NCBI GenBank assembly: GCA_021297985.1 | Contig: JAJTGU010000015.1 | Span: 1,083 to 65,082, forward strand | Length of the DNA: 64,000 nt | From: Rubrivivax sp. | Lineage (GTDB): Bacteria; Pseudomonadota; Gammaproteobacteria; Burkholderiales; Burkholderiaceae_C | Direction of reading: 5' to 3' | Shown: positions 62,974 to 64,000 of the stretch, one piece after another | Position numbering within the stretch: the stretch's first letter is position 1 | Layout of the letters: every line of letters begins with the position of its first letter | Position numbers and translations under genes: made by a program | Notes under the pieces: generated by a model | What the model saw: the letters and a program-made list of their open reading frames with translations, nothing else | What the model was told of the DNA's origin: nothing | Databases searched by the model: none

Positions 62974-64000
62974 TCAGGCGTTCATGAACCCCAGGTTGCG
63001 CCGGCCCGCGTCGAATTGCGCCAGCGCGGGGAAGATCTCCAGCAGCTGGCTGTCGGTCAGGCCGAACCAGCGGCCCATCGTCGCCGCGAACTGATCGACC
63101 GAGGTCTCGGGCAGCAGGGCGCCGTTGCCGAGCTGGTCGGGGCTGGAGTCGAAGTTGTTGTTGTTGGCGTTCTTGGTGCCCAGGGTCGGGAAGCGGCCGT
63201 ACAGGTCGCGTCCGCGCACGGCGCCGCCCATCACGAAATGGTGCGCGCCCCAGCCGTGATCGGTGCCGTCGCCGTTGCTCGTGAAGGTGCGTCCGAAGTC
63301 GCTCGCGGTGAAGGTGGTGACGTTGTTGCGCGCGCCGATCGCGCCGAGCGCGGTGTCGAAGTAGCGCATCGCCTGCGCCATCTGGGCCATCAGCCGGCCG
63401 TGGTTGCGGTTCTGCAGGTCGTGGGTGTCGAAGCCGCCGAGGCTGACGAAGAACACCTGCCGACGCGCTCCGGTGGCACCGGTCATGCCGGCGTCGACCA
63501 TGCGGGCGACCACCTGGAGCTGCTGCGCCAGCGGGTTGAAGGCGTTGCTGCCGGTCAGCGGGTTCAGGTACTGCAGCTTGGGGTCGTTGTTCGCGTTGTA
63601 GTTGCCGGTCGGCGGCGCGGTGCCGAAGGCCGCGTCGCTGGGCGCGCGCAAGGCCGTGCGCAGGGTTGTTTCGGCGTCGATCGAGCGCTGGCCGATGGCG
63701 GCCAGGTCGGCTTCGAGCACATGGGTGCCACGGCTGCTGCCGATGATGCGCTGCAGCGCAGACGCCACGGTGGTGGAGTTGTAGACGCGGCCATTGGCGT
63801 CGGCACCGGCGCGGATCGCGCCGTTGGGACCGACCTGGTACTGCTGCACGTTGCGGCCGGCCAGCCAGACCGCGTTGCCCGCCGCGGACACCGAGGTGAA
63901 CACCGCGCGTCCGTTGGCCGCGACCATCGCGTCGCCCATGCGTCCACCCCAGCCGGTGGTCGCACCTTCCGGCGCCAGCGCCATCCAGGTGTTCTGCTGG
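62974..64000 (-). CDS. DUF1501 domain-containing protein (sulfatase-like), 5' end outside the window
   Basis: VFFVSLGGFDTHD, TASDFGRT..SNGDGTDHGWGAHHFVMGGAVRG, and a C-terminal ...FDAGRRNLGFMNA. The frame stays open to position 64000. Confidence 0.85.
   Translation of the reverse strand, partial: QQNTWMALAPEGATTGWGGRMGDAMVAANGRAVFTSVSAAGNAVWLAGRNVQQYQVGPNGAIRAGADANGRVYNSTTVASALQRIIGSSRGTHVLEADLAAIGQRSIDAETTLRTALRAPSDAAFGTAPPTGNYNANNDPKLQYLNPLTGSNAFNPLAQQLQVVARMVDAGMTGATGARRQVFFVSLGGFDTHDLQNRNHGRLMAQMAQAMRYFDTALGAIGARNNVTTFTASDFGRTFTSNGDGTDHGWGAHHFVMGGAVRGRDLYGRFPTLGTKNANNNNFDSSPDQLGNGALLPETSVDQFAATMGRWFGLTDSQLLEIFPALAQFDAGRRNLGFMNA

Overview
Very GC-rich chromosomal DNA with strong G/C third-position bias, so long antisense shadow ORFs are everywhere. 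Gene content and synteny (apaG-rpe...gph-trpE, Lrp-IOR, cytochrome b561-YceI, TRAP, PEP-CTERM) suggest a betaproteobacterium of the Burkholderiales (Rubrivivax/Leptothrix-like); this is a guess and no search was run. About 60 protein genes are supported. I saw no rRNA, tRNA, CRISPR array, transposase or integrase. From the left: a trp operon on the minus strand (trpE-trpG-ltaE-trpD) with a Trp-rich leader ORF candidate, then gph, a TetR/MFS pair, saccharopine dehydrogenase, Lrp, a PEP-CTERM protein, rpe, apaG, an EamA transporter, a degenerate GGDEF protein, Lrp plus indolepyruvate:ferredoxin oxidoreductase, VOC, NUDIX, cytochrome b561 plus three YceI genes, and a TRAP transporter. Next come a Cys-less Rrf2 regulator, LysR plus a large BTAD/AAA/TPR regulator, an ECF sigma operon and a LytS/LytTR system. 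The most interesting region is 38.1-56.5 kb: 17 tightly packed co-directional envelope genes. They join a redox module (ApbE, a beta-propeller lipoprotein with three CXXCH motifs, a partner lipoprotein with CX4CH, TlpA, DUF4266, DUF3570, three putative OM barrels) to a Ton/Agl-like motor (one ExbB, two ExbD, an AgmX/PglI-type TonB-like protein, TPR lipoproteins). I know of no characterised system with this composition. The window ends with an M13 peptidase, Rep/UvrD helicase, two secreted proteins and a partial DUF1501 gene. CDS coordinates come from ORF-track arithmetic. Small motifs read directly off the sequence may be off by 1-2 nt.
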